DNA of 64,000 nt from assembly GCA_963700145.1 (NCBI GenBank), contig OY969474.1, forward strand, positions 3,552,001 to 3,616,000, read 5' to 3'. A model generated the notes under the pieces. That model was not told the DNA's origin. It saw only the letters and a program-made list of their open reading frames with translations, and made no database searches. Shown here piece after piece: positions 50,231 through 60,068 of the stretch (positions are counted from its first letter, which is position 1; each line of letters opens with the position of its first letter). A program made the position numbers and the translations under genes. The stretch comes from an uncultured Acidobacteriota bacterium (GTDB taxonomy: Bacteria > Acidobacteriota > Thermoanaerobaculia > Multivoradales > UBA5704).

Positions 50231-51142
50231 CTACTGCTTGACGAGCGGAGACAGGGCGCCGGTGTTGGCCCCATTGCCGGAGAAGTAGTTGTCGCCGAAC
50301 GAGCCCACCGACCCGGCGGTGATGGTGAAGCCCGCCGTCGGGTTGTTGGTGATCGCGCTGCGCGACAGCCGGACGGTCGAGGTGCCGGCCGTGGTGATGC
50401 CGCGGGTGTTGTGCGAGATCACCGAGTTGTCGACGTTCACCTGGCCGTTGCCGGCGGCGTCGACGCCCGCGATCGTGTTGCCGCTGGCGGTCGCGGCCTC
50501 GAGGGTGAAGATCGCGCCGTTTCCGGCGAAGATGCCCGTGGCGTTGTTGGCGAGGATCGAGTCCGTGATCTGCACCTTGGCGACCGGGGAGCCGACGCTC
50601 GGGAAGACCGCGACGCCGGCGGCGATGTTGTTGGCGATCGTCGATTCGCTGATGAAGACCTGCGTCGTGGCGAGGGAGCCGATGTTGATGTCCACCCCGC
50701 GGCCCGGGTTGCCGCGGAAGCCGGTGATGTCGCAGTTCTCGATGTGCACCGCCTTGGCGCTCAGGATGCGCACGCCGTTGAGGCCGGTGCCCGCGCCGTT
50801 GATCGACAGGTTGCGCAGGGTGATGGTGTCGGTCGAGAGGGCATTGATGATGACCCCGTTCACACCGGCGGCGAGGATGCCGGCGAGGGTCCCTTCGCCG
50901 TTGATGGTGATCGACTTGGTGATCGTGACGCCGCCGAAGCCGCCCGGATCGAGCACGCTGATCTCGCCGCCGGCCGCGGTCTTCGAGATCGCGCCGGCGA
51001 AGGTCTTGCACGGCGCCGTACGGCTGCACGGGTTGGCGTCGTCGCCGACGCCGGAGACCCAGGTGCGCGTCGCCTGCGCCTGAGCGCTCATGGCGACGAC
51101 GACGAGAATTAGGGCGTAAAGGATCGCGCAACGGCTACGCAT
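50231..51142 (-). CDS. Secreted right-handed beta-helix protein, paralog A
   Basis: Signal peptide; QATRTWVSGVGDDANPCSRTAPCKTFAGA; N/G/I-rich repeats. Confidence 0.88.
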   Translation of the reverse strand: MRSRCAILYALILVVVAMSAQAQATRTWVSGVGDDANPCSRTAPCKTFAGAISKTAAGGEISVLDPGGFGGVTITKSITINGEGTLAGILAAGVNGVIINALSTDTITLRNLSINGAGTGLNGVRILSAKAVHIENCDITGFRGNPGRGVDINIGSLATTQVFISESTIANNIAAGVAVFPSVGSPVAKVQITDSILANNATGIFAGNGAIFTLEAATASGNTIAGVDAAGNGQVNVDNSVISHNTRGITTAGTSTVRLSRSAITNNPTAGFTITAGSVGSFGDNYFSGNGANTGALSPLVKQ

Positions 51143-51221
51143 CTCTGGTCTCCTCCCAGTCAGTTGTGAGAACGACAAAAACGGAGAAGGAGTGTACACC
51201 GGCTGCGGCGCTAGACGCAAG

Positions 51222-51258
51222 AAAGCGAAAGAGCCCGCGGCCGGCAGGCCGCGGGCTC
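51222..51258 (-). terminator. Intrinsic terminator hairpin (copy 2)
   Basis: Same stem as at 50172. Confidence 0.7.
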
Positions 51259-51281
51259 CTGAGGACGGGCGCTAAGCGCCC

Positions 51282-52199
51282 TTACTGCTTGATGAGCGGC
51301 GAGAGGGCGCCGGTGTTGGCCCCGTTGCCGGAGAAGTAGTTGTCGGCGAACGAGCCGATCGTCCCGCCGGTGATCGTGAAGCCCGCCGTCGGGTTGTTGG
51401 TGATCGCGCTGCGCGACAGACGGACCGTCGAGGTGCCGGCCGTCGTGATCCCGCGCAGGTTGTGCGAGATCACCGAGTTGTCGACGTTCACCTGGCCCGG
51501 CGCGACGGTGCCAGCGCTGTCGATGCCCGCCACGGTGTTGCCGCTGACTGTCGTCGCCTCGAGGGTAAAGATCGCGCCCTCGCCGGCGAAGACGCCCGAG
51601 GCGTTGTTGGCGAGGATCGAGTCCGTGATCTGCACCTTGACGGTCGGCGTGCCGCTGATGGGGACGACGGCGACGCCGGCGGCGATGTTGTTGCCGATCG
51701 TCGACTCGCTGATGAAGACCTGGGTCGAGGTGCCGGTCGAGAGGTTGATGTCCACGCCGCGGCCCGGGCTGCCGCGGAAGCCGGTGATGTCGCAGTTCTC
51801 GATGTGCACCGCCTTGGCGCTCAGGATGCGCACGCCGCGCAGGCCGTTGCCCGCGCCGTTGATCGACAAGTTGCGGAGGACGACGGTGTCGGTGGAGGTG
51901 GCATTGATGATGACGCCGTTGATGAGGGAGGCGAGGATGCCGCCGAGCGACCCTTCACCGTTGATGGTGATCGACTTGGTGATCGTGACGCCGCCGAAGC
52001 CGCCCGGATCGAGCACGCTGATCTCGCCGCCGGGCGCGGTCTTGGAGATCGCGCCGGCGAAGGTCTTGCACGGCGCCGTGCGGCTGCACGGGTTCGCGTC
52101 GTTGCCGACGCCGGACACCCACGTCCGTGTCGCCTGCGCCTGAGCGCTCATGGCAACGACGAGGATAAGAATGTAAAGGACGGCGCAATGCTTACGCAT
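51282..52199 (-). CDS. Secreted right-handed beta-helix protein, paralog B
   Basis: Closely similar to paralogs A and C. Confidence 0.88.
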   Translation of the reverse strand: MRKHCAVLYILILVVAMSAQAQATRTWVSGVGNDANPCSRTAPCKTFAGAISKTAPGGEISVLDPGGFGGVTITKSITINGEGSLGGILASLINGVIINATSTDTVVLRNLSINGAGNGLRGVRILSAKAVHIENCDITGFRGSPGRGVDINLSTGTSTQVFISESTIGNNIAAGVAVVPISGTPTVKVQITDSILANNASGVFAGEGAIFTLEATTVSGNTVAGIDSAGTVAPGQVNVDNSVISHNLRGITTAGTSTVRLSRSAITNNPTAGFTITGGTIGSFADNYFSGNGANTGALSPLIKQ

Positions 52200-52254
52200 C
52201 TCTGCTCCTCCGTTGGTTGTGATAACTGAAAAAACGGACAGGAATCATACACCG

Positions 52255-52290
52255 AAAGCGAAGAGCCCGCGGCCGGCAGGCCGCGGGCTC
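52255..52290 (-). terminator. Intrinsic terminator hairpin (copy 3)
   Basis: Same stem as at 50172. Confidence 0.7.
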
Positions 52291-52311
52291 CCGAGGACAA
52301 GCGCGAAAACG

Positions 52312-53229
52312 CTACTGCTTGATGAGCGGCGAGAGGGCGCCGGTGTTGGCCCCGTTGCCGGAGAAGTAGTTGTCGCCGAACGAGCCGATCGTCCCGCCGG
52401 TGATCGTGAAGCCCGCCGTCGGGTTGTTGGTGATCGCGCTGCGCGACAGCCGAACCGTCGAGGTGCCGGCCGTGGTGATGCCGCGGGTGTTGTGCGAGAT
52501 CACCGAGTTGTCGACGTTCACCTGGCCCGGCGCGATGGTGCCGGCGGCGTCGATGCCCGCGATCGTGTTGCCGCTGGCGGTCGCGTTCTCGAGCGTGAAG
52601 ATCCCGCCCTCGCCGGCGAAGACGCCCGAGGCGTTGTTGGCGAGGATCGAGTCGGTGATCTGCACCTTGGCGGTCGGCGTGCCGCTGGTGGGGACGACCG
52701 CGACGCCGGCGGCGATGTTGTTGGTGACCGTCGACTCGCTGATGAAGACCTGCGTCGAAGTGCCGGTGGCGAGGTTGACGTCCACGCCGCGGCCCGGGCT
52801 GCCGCGGAAGCCGCTGATGTCGCAGTTCTCGATGTGCACCGCCTTGGCGCTCAGGACGCGCACGCCGCGGAGGCCGTTGCCCACGCCGTTGATGGCGATG
52901 TGACGGAGGGTGATGGTGTCGGTGGCGGCGGCGTTGATGGTCACCCCGGTCACCAGCGAGGCGGTGATGCCGGCGAGCTGCCCTTCACCGTTGATGGTGA
53001 TGGACTTGGTGATGGTGACGGCGCCGAAGCTGCCCGGATCGAGGACGCTGATCTCGCCGCCGGCCGCGGTCTTGGAGATCGCGCCCGCGAAGGTCTTGCA
53101 GGGCGCGGTGCGGCTGCACGGGTTGACGTCGTCGCCGACGCCGGAGACCCAGGTCCGTGTCGCCTGCGCCTGAGCGCTCATGGCGACGACGAGAATGAAG
53201 ACATACAGGAACGCGCAACGGCTACGCAT
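52312..53229 (-). CDS. Secreted right-handed beta-helix protein, paralog C
   Basis: Closely similar to paralogs A and B. Confidence 0.88.
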   Translation of the reverse strand: MRSRCAFLYVFILVVAMSAQAQATRTWVSGVGDDVNPCSRTAPCKTFAGAISKTAAGGEISVLDPGSFGAVTITKSITINGEGQLAGITASLVTGVTINAAATDTITLRHIAINGVGNGLRGVRVLSAKAVHIENCDISGFRGSPGRGVDVNLATGTSTQVFISESTVTNNIAAGVAVVPTSGTPTAKVQITDSILANNASGVFAGEGGIFTLENATASGNTIAGIDAAGTIAPGQVNVDNSVISHNTRGITTAGTSTVRLSRSAITNNPTAGFTITGGTIGSFGDNYFSGNGANTGALSPLIKQ

Positions 53230-53328
53230 CTTTGCTCTCCTCCGGTTAGTTGTGAGGTCTTCGGCGATCGGGAAACGAAAATGTTACACCCGCCGGGAGC
53301 GGATGGCAACTTGCGCGAGCGCAATTTA

Positions 53329-54186
53329 CTAAACGAGCAGGTCCATTGCCGTCGCCGCGAAGAGCCAGACGGCGAGCATGCCGTTGGCGGTAAAAAAGGC
53401 GGCGTCGAGGCGCGAAAGATCGCCGGGGCGGACGATCCAGTGCTGGTAGGCGAGGAGCGCGAGGCAGCCGAGCCAGCCGAGCCAGTACCAGGCGCCGAGC
53501 CCCGGCGGGTAGACGCGCGGCAGGAGCGCGAGGAGCGCGAGCATCGCGGCATGAAAGAGGGCCGAGAGCCAGAGCGCCGGCACGGTGCCGAAGCGGGCGG
53601 GGATCGAGAAGAGCCCGGCGCGGCAGTCGAAGTCGAGGTCCTGCAAGGCGTAGAGGACGTCGAAGCCGGCGACCCAGAGAAGGACGGCGCCGGCGAGGAG
53701 GAACGGCGTCGGCGCGACGTCGCCGCGCACCGCGATCCAGGCCCCGAGCGGCGCGCCCGAGATCGCCAGGCCGAGCAGCAGGTGCGAGGCCCAGGTGAAG
53801 CGCTTGGTGTAGGAGTAGCCGCAGAGGATCAGCAGCGCCAGCGGCGCGAGCGCCAGCGCCAGCGGGTTGAGCTGCCACGCCGCCAGGACGAGGAGCGCGG
53901 CGCTGGCGAGGACGAAGAGCAGCACGAACCCCGGCGTCAGGAGGCCCGCGGGCAGCGCGCGCGACGCGGTGCGCGGGTTGGCGGCGTCGATCGTCCGGTC
54001 GGCGAGCCGGTTGAAGCCCATCGCCGTGCTCCGCGCCCCGACCATCGCGACGACGATCCAGAAGACCGTCCGCCAGGACGGCCACCCTTCGGCGGCGAGC
54101 AGCATCCCCAGGAAGGCGAACGGCAGCGCGAAGAGCGTGTGCTCGAACTTGATCATCTCGAGCACGATCCCGAGCCGCCCCTTCAC
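53329..54186 (-). CDS. UbiA-family prenyltransferase, futalosine-pathway type (MqnP-like)
   Basis: IKFEHTLFALPFA, NRLADRTIDAANPRT, YSYTKRF, FDVLYALQD. Confidence 0.9.
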   Translation of the reverse strand: MKGRLGIVLEMIKFEHTLFALPFAFLGMLLAAEGWPSWRTVFWIVVAMVGARSTAMGFNRLADRTIDAANPRTASRALPAGLLTPGFVLLFVLASAALLVLAAWQLNPLALALAPLALLILCGYSYTKRFTWASHLLLGLAISGAPLGAWIAVRGDVAPTPFLLAGAVLLWVAGFDVLYALQDLDFDCRAGLFSIPARFGTVPALWLSALFHAAMLALLALLPRVYPPGLGAWYWLGWLGCLALLAYQHWIVRPGDLSRLDAAFFTANGMLAVWLFAATAMDLLV

Positions 54187-55805
54187 CGCTCCTCCGGCTT
54201 CGGCTCGATCGGGCGCCCGCTCGCCTCCCACGCCCGCCATCCTCCGGTCAGGGCGCGCGCGTTGCGCCACCCCGCCCGCTGCAGCTCGCGCGTCACCCGG
54301 ACGCTCGTGCGCTCCTCAGGTCACGTGCAGTACGAGACGAGCCAGGTGTCCGGCGGCAGGCCCCACGCCCCGACCACCTCGACCGCGTTGTCCGGCGGCA
54401 CGCGGACGGCGCCGCGCGCCCGCTCGGAGCTCTCGCGGTAGGCGCCCTCGCTGCGCACGTCGAGGAGCACGACCGGCTCCCCGCGCCGCTCCAGCTCGGC
54501 GAGCTCCTCCAGCGTGATGCGCTCGGGGTCTCCCTTGTCCAAGGCCGCCGCCCCCTCGGGGACCGTCGCGACCGCAGGGGGCGGCACCGGCGGCGCCTCC
54601 GCGACGGCGCCGGCGGGCGCCGGCCGCAGGAAGACCTGCGAGCCGCCGTGGATGACGACCGACAGCAGCACGACGAGGGCCGTGATCTCGAAGAGCTCGC
54701 CGGCGCGCGGCAGCCCGGCGAAGACGGCGAGGAGCACGAGGAGGAGCGAGCTCAGGCCGCGCGGGCCGAACCAGGCGGCGAGCAGGCGACTGCGCCGGTC
54801 GAGGCTGCTGCCGGCGAGGACGGCGAGCAGCAGCGGGGCGCGCACGAAGAGGGCGACCGCGGCGAAGAGCAGCGCCGCCGGGCTCAGCGCCGTGAGGCCG
54901 CCCCAGATCGCCGAGCTGCCGAGGGCTACGAAGGTGAACAGCAGCCCCAGCTCCGCGGTCGCCTGCCCGTAGTCGAAGAAGCACTCGCAGAGCTCGACGT
55001 CGAGGGCGGCGATCGTCAGCCCGGCCGCGAAGGCGGCGAGGAAGCCGCTGCCGCCGACCGCCTCGGCCGCGGCGAAGGCGGTCAGCGCGACGCCGAAGCC
55101 GTAGAGCGACTCGTAGTCGCGCCGCACGCCGACGCGGCGGCGGATGACGTGGAGGGCGCCGATCGCCACCAGGCCCACGACCACCCCGCCGGCGATGCCG
55201 GGCACGAAGAGGCCGAGCGCCGCCCGCCCCATCTCGGCACCCCCCGGCGGCGCCTCGCCCGGCACCAGGAACCGCATGGCGACCAGCACCACCGGCAGCA
55301 GAACGGCGTCGTTCATGCCGCTCTCGAGGCGGAGGGCGTAGCGGGCCGGGGGCGGCAGGCTGGGGTTGCGCAGCAGGCCGCGCAGGAGCACCGGGTCGGT
55401 CGAGGCGAGGGCCGCGCCGACGATCGCGCTCTCGGCCACCCCCAGCCCGAGGATGCCCCAGGCGGCGAGCCCGATCGCGGCCGCGGTCAGCAGCGTCGCC
55501 GGGCCGAGGATCAGGGCGGCGAGCCGCAGGTGGTGCCGGAGGTCGGCGAAGGTGATGTCCACGGCGTCGGTGAAGAGCACGAGCACCAGCCCGAGCGTCG
55601 CGACGGCGCGGATCGTGGGCGAATCGACGGCGAGCGAGACGAGCCCCAGCCCGAACGGGCCGAGGGCGGTGCCGAGCGCGAGGAAGACCAGCGTCTGCGG
55701 CAGCCGCGTGCGGTCGGCGACCCCCGACAGCAGCGCCGCCGTCAGGACCACGGCGCCGACGATGCCGAAGATGCTGATCATCGGCTCGATGTCGTGCAGG
55801 CTCAA
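54183..55805 (-). CDS. CPA1 cation/H+ antiporter-rhodanese fusion, probable selenoprotein (UGA at 54323-54321)
   Basis: ASTDPV, ESGMND, WFGPRG; rhodanese LLDVRS...YCT-U-PEERTS...ALTGGWRAW continues in frame to a TGA overlapping the next GTG. Confidence 0.85.
54284..54310 (-). promoter_or_regulatory. Candidate SECIS hairpin
   Basis: GCGTC-CGGGT-GACGC (+17 to +31 after the UGA) with extendable lower stem; loop G at +23. Confidence 0.6.
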
Positions 55806-55867
55806 GGTCGCGCCGCGAATCTATCAGCCGCCGTTTGATGAGCGGCGGTCCGGCGAGCTGGCTGCCC

Positions 55868-56785
55868 TCAGGGACAGGTGTCGAACGCGTTGGTGTCCTG
55901 CACCGGCTGGAAGGGCGTCCCGAGGTCGTTCAAGTAGATCTGCTGTGCCCCGGTGTGGCTGTCCGTGACGTAGATGTCGACTTGGACGTCCGTCAGGCCG
56001 CCGGCGAACACCCAGAACCTCCCGAACGGGGCGCAGGCGTCGAGCACCTTGATGACGACCTCGACGTTGCTGGGGCTGAAGAACCAGAGGTAGCCGGTGT
56101 CGTCGGTGAGCTTGACCACCGCGGCGCGGCCCGCCGCGGTCTGCGTCCGCCAGAAAGCCACCACCTCGAAGCGCTCCTGGTTGAGGCAAAGGACGTGCGA
56201 CAGGGCGGCGCAGGTGTGGGGGACCTTGAGAGCGACGTTGTCGAAGTGTGCCACCGCCTCGCCCCCCGCGCCGAACTTGGCGACGACGAGCCCGATCCGG
56301 ACGCCTCGCGCCTCCAGCGGCACGGTGAAGCGGAGCCCGGCGTCGGGGCTCGGATGCCAGGCGCCGTCCGTCACCTCCCCGGCGAACCCCCCGGTGCCGA
56401 GGAACTCGCTGCCCGGGCTGCACGTCGGGTCGTTGTACCAGGTGATCGGGGTATGCACGATCGCCGTCACCCCGCCCGTCGCCTCGAGGCGGTAGTCGTA
56501 GCGGCGCACGAGCACCATGCCGCCGGTCACCGGGACGCACTCGGAGAACGCGATCTCGGCGGCGTTGGCCGCCGGATGCGCGATGGAGGTGCGCAGCGAC
56601 CCCGAGTTCGGCAAGCCGAAGGCATCGATCGGGCTGAAGGTGGGGGGCGAAGTGAACCCCTCCCACGGCGCGACGTTAGTGTCGAAGGTGCCGTTCTGGA
56701 GCAGGTTCTGCGCCGCCGCCGGCGCAGCGCCGCAGCAGAGCACGACCGCGAGGGCAAGGCAGCGGCAGCGTCGGTTCGTCGCCAA
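55868..56785 (-). CDS. Secreted protein with carbohydrate-binding-like N-terminus and conserved C-terminal beta domain
   Basis: Signal peptide; NLLQNGTFD; LCLNQERFEV...WFF...NVEVVIKVLDAC...FWVFAGGLTDV. Confidence 0.78.
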   Translation of the reverse strand: MATNRRCRCLALAVVLCCGAAPAAAQNLLQNGTFDTNVAPWEGFTSPPTFSPIDAFGLPNSGSLRTSIAHPAANAAEIAFSECVPVTGGMVLVRRYDYRLEATGGVTAIVHTPITWYNDPTCSPGSEFLGTGGFAGEVTDGAWHPSPDAGLRFTVPLEARGVRIGLVVAKFGAGGEAVAHFDNVALKVPHTCAALSHVLCLNQERFEVVAFWRTQTAAGRAAVVKLTDDTGYLWFFSPSNVEVVIKVLDACAPFGRFWVFAGGLTDVQVDIYVTDSHTGAQQIYLNDLGTPFQPVQDTNAFDTCP

Positions 56786-56834
56786 GTTGTTCGACCTCCT
56801 GAAGTGGTTCAGAGAATATCGCAGGCAACGACGT

Positions 56835-57140
56835 TCAACGCTCGCCCCGGTCCTGGTCCAGCAGCTCGGCCGAGGTGATGCCTTCGAGGGCGGCCGGCAT
56901 CCGCTCGTAGATCTCCGGCCGGTTCGGGCCGCCCAGCCGGATGCTCCCCCGCCGGACGAGCTCGGCGAGGCCTGGATAGCGCTGCAGCAGGTCGAGCTGG
57001 TGCTCGTTCCGCGGCTCGGGCGGCCGCAGCTCGGCCACCACCTGGCTGCGATCGGTGACCAGGACGGTTTCCCCTTGCCGCACTTTGCGCACGTAGTCGC
57101 TCAGCCGTTTCTTCAGCTCGCGGATGTCGACACTGTGCAT
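56835..57140 (-). CDS. Phd/YefM-family antitoxin
   Basis: VDIRELKKRLSDYVRKVRQGETVLVTDR...VAEL. Confidence 0.85.
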   Translation of the reverse strand: MHSVDIRELKKRLSDYVRKVRQGETVLVTDRSQVVAELRPPEPRNEHQLDLLQRYPGLAELVRRGSIRLGGPNRPEIYERMPAALEGITSAELLDQDRGER

Positions 57141-57310
57141 GGCCCGGAAATGTTCCGCGTGTAGCCATCTGGGCAACGGCCGGTAGCGCGGCCTTCGTCC
57201 GATTGCTTCCTGACTATCACCAAGCCGATTCGTGGTGAAGCTCGCGGAGCACGCACCCAGACCTTAGGCCACCAAGCCCCTCACCGGGCGGCACGGTGAC
57301 GGTCTCAACC

Positions 57311-58769
57311 GGGGTTGTCCCTCCCGCTGTTGAAAGAGCAATGAGGTGAAGGCGGCTCCTCGGCCCACCTGATCGAGAATCGGGTTGGTCGAATAACCGG
57401 CCCCGCCAGGGGGCCAAGGAGCCGTGATGAAGACGAGAGCAGAAAGGCGGGTGGTGTGGCAAGGGGGCCGTGCGGCGCGCATCAGCCACGGGCTACAAGC
57501 GCTGCTGCGGCCGATGGTCGAGGGCATCGAGGCCAGCCGCCAGGGGCTGCTGGAGCTGTTTCACGCCGCGGGCGTCGAGGCCCTGGGGCGGCAGCTCGCG
57601 GACGAGGTCGAGGCCGTCGTCGGTCCGAAGCGTCGGCGCAATCCGACCCGCGAGGCGTACCGCTGGGGCTCGACGGCGAGCGAGTTCGTGCTGGGTGGCC
57701 GCCAGGTGGCGCTGCCGCGACCGCGCGTCCGGCGACGCGACGGTGGCGAGATGAGCTTGCCTTCGGTGCGCGCCTTTCAGGACGAAGATCCCTTCACGGA
57801 GCGGGTGATCGAGCAGGCGCTGGTCGGCGTCTCGCAGCGCCGCTACGGTCGGAGCTTGGAGCCGCTCGCAGAGTCGGTGCCGGAGCGCGCGACGAGCAAG
57901 AGTGCGGTCCAGCGCCGGCTGGTGGCGGGGACGCGTCGTCTGCTGGGCGCGTGGCTGCGCCGAGACCTGTCGGACTTCCAGCCCCTGATCCTGATGATCG
58001 ACGGGCTGGAGGTGGCCGGCCACACCCTGGTGGTGGCACTCGGCATCGCGCGCGACGGGACCAAGCGGGTGCTCGGCCTGCGTGAAGGCGCGACGGAGAA
58101 CGCGGCGCTCTGTACCGGCCTGCTCCAGGAGCTGTTGGAGCGAGGCCTCGCGATGCCGCCGCGCTTCTTGGCGGTGCTCGACGGCGGCAAGGGGCTGCGC
58201 AAGGCCGTGCGCGCCGTCTTCGGGGACGCAACCCACGTCCAGCGCTGCCAGCTCCACAAGCGCCGCAACGTCCGCGACCACCTGCCCAAGCAGCTCCAAG
58301 CCCGGGTCGACCGCCTGATGGTCGAGGCCTACCAGAGCGCTCGCTTCGACCTCGCCAAGCGTCGCCTCGAGCAGCTTGCCCGCTGGCTCGAGCACGCAGG
58401 CCACGCGGGCGCCGCGGGCAGCCTGCGCGAGGGCCTCGACGAGACCCTCACCGCCTTGCGGCTGAAGCTGCCCGACGCTCTGCGCCGGTTGCTCGCCTCG
58501 ACCAACGCGATCGAGAACACGATCGGCTCGATCCGTACGACGACGCGCAACGTCAAGCGCTGGCGCGGCGGCGACATGGTGCTGCGCTGGGTCGCCCTGG
58601 CGCTGTGTGACGCGGAGGCTGGCTTCCGGCGTGTCAAGGGACATCGGCACCTCGGGGCTCTCGAGCTCGCGCTCGCGGCGATCGAGGAACCGACGAACAC
58701 CAAGGCCGTGGCATGATCAACCGAGCCGCTTTCCCTCTTTCGGCTTTCAACAGGGAACGGGGCATCCCC
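57311..58769 (+). mobile_element. IS256-family element, copy 3
   Basis: Same ends as copies 1 and 2; flanks GTCTCAACC and CCAACGTCG. Confidence 0.95.
57424..58716 (+). CDS. IS256-family DDE transposase
   Basis: Translation identical to copies 1 and 2. Confidence 0.95.
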   Translation: MMKTRAERRVVWQGGRAARISHGLQALLRPMVEGIEASRQGLLELFHAAGVEALGRQLADEVEAVVGPKRRRNPTREAYRWGSTASEFVLGGRQVALPRPRVRRRDGGEMSLPSVRAFQDEDPFTERVIEQALVGVSQRRYGRSLEPLAESVPERATSKSAVQRRLVAGTRRLLGAWLRRDLSDFQPLILMIDGLEVAGHTLVVALGIARDGTKRVLGLREGATENAALCTGLLQELLERGLAMPPRFLAVLDGGKGLRKAVRAVFGDATHVQRCQLHKRRNVRDHLPKQLQARVDRLMVEAYQSARFDLAKRRLEQLARWLEHAGHAGAAGSLREGLDETLTALRLKLPDALRRLLASTNAIENTIGSIRTTTRNVKRWRGGDMVLRWVALALCDAEAGFRRVKGHRHLGALELALAAIEEPTNTKAVA

Positions 58770-58833
58770 CCAACGTCGTCGCGAAGTGGTTTTTTCAAAG
58801 AGGATGGCACCGACAGGGCCGAGGCCCTTCTGA
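58770..58833 (+). pseudogene. Continuation of the split PIN toxin gene
   Basis: (T)NVVAKWFF then, with one T removed from the 6-T run, KEDGTDRAEALL. Confidence 0.65.
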
Positions 58834-58942
58834 TGACTCCTTGGGAGCTGGCGAGGGCTAAAGCTCCGAGTTTTTCACCCGCGGCCGCAACCTACCGCCA
58901 CGTTTTTGGACTAGGGGTGAAAATTTAGGTAGTCTCGGGCGC

Positions 58943-60064
58943 ATGAGCGCGACTGAGCGCTATCTCGTGCCGCAGGTCCTGGCCGACCTGCGGCGGAAGA
59001 TGGTCTTCGTGGCGGGGCCGCGGCAGGTGGGCAAGACCACCCTGGCGCGGGGCCTGCCGGGGGGTGCCGAGGGCTACCTGAGCTGGGACGTCCCCGAGGA
59101 CCGGGAGCGGATCCTCCGGCGGGAGCTGCCGCCGGGCGATCTTTGGGTCTTCGACGAGATCCACAAGTATCGGCTGTGGCGGAACTACCTGAAGGGCCTG
59201 TACGACGCGCGGCGGCGGCCGCGGCAGCGGATCCTCGTCACCGGCAGCGCCCGCCTCGACCTCTACCGCTACTCGGGCGATTCACTCCAGGGCCGCTACC
59301 ACTTTCTGCGCCTTCACCCGCTGTCGGCGGCCGAGCTGGGGCTCACCACCGCCGCCGATCTCGAGCGCCTCCTCACCCTGGGCGGTTTCCCCGAGCCCTA
59401 CTTCGGCGGCTCGGAGGTGGAGGCCCGGCGCTGGTCGCGCGAGTATCGGAACCTGCTGATCCGGGAGGAGGTGACGAGCCTCGAGCGGGTCCAGGACCTC
59501 GGGCGGCTGGAGCTCCTCATGCTCCAGCTCCCGGAGCGGGTGGGCTCGCCGCTCTCGATCAACGCCCTGCGCGAGGACCTCGAGGTCAGCCACAAGACCC
59601 TGTCCACGTGGCTCGCCATCCTCGAGCGGCTGTACGCCGTGTTCCGCCTGCCGCCGATGGGGGCGCCGGCGCTGCGGGCGGTCAAGAAGGCGCAGAAGGC
59701 CTACACCTTCGACTGGACCCTGGTGCCCGACCCGGCGCTCCGCTTCGAGAACCTGGCGGCGTGCCATCTGCTCAAGTGGGTCCACTTCCAGCAAGACAGT
59801 CAGGGCCGGGACGTCGAGCTGCGCTACTTCCGCGACCTCGAGGGACGGGAGGTGGACTTCGTCGTGACGGAGCGGCGCCGGCCGGTTCTGATGGTGGAGT
59901 GCAAGGCGGACGACGCGCCCCTCGACCGGAGCCTCCGCTACCTCAAGGCCCGCTTCCCTGATTGCCCCGCGTGGCAGCTCTCGGCCCGCGGCGCTCGCGA
60001 CTACCAGACGCCGGAAGGAATCCGCGTGGCGCCGGCGCTGGCGCTCCTCGGGCAGCTCGTCTGA
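58943..60064 (+). CDS. AAA_14 ATPase with DUF4143 domain
   Basis: GPRQVGKTT, FDEIH, VTGSA, GGFPE, FENL, EVDFV..ECK. Confidence 0.9.
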   Translation: MSATERYLVPQVLADLRRKMVFVAGPRQVGKTTLARGLPGGAEGYLSWDVPEDRERILRRELPPGDLWVFDEIHKYRLWRNYLKGLYDARRRPRQRILVTGSARLDLYRYSGDSLQGRYHFLRLHPLSAAELGLTTAADLERLLTLGGFPEPYFGGSEVEARRWSREYRNLLIREEVTSLERVQDLGRLELLMLQLPERVGSPLSINALREDLEVSHKTLSTWLAILERLYAVFRLPPMGAPALRAVKKAQKAYTFDWTLVPDPALRFENLAACHLLKWVHFQQDSQGRDVELRYFRDLEGREVDFVVTERRRPVLMVECKADDAPLDRSLRYLKARFPDCPAWQLSARGARDYQTPEGIRVAPALALLGQLV

Positions 60065-60068
60065 AGCG

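Noticed and set aside
58872-58923. TTTTCACCC...GGGTGAAAA inverted repeat upstream of the AAA ATPase
   Set aside because: Only 9 bp with a long spacer; it may be an operator but cannot be supported further.
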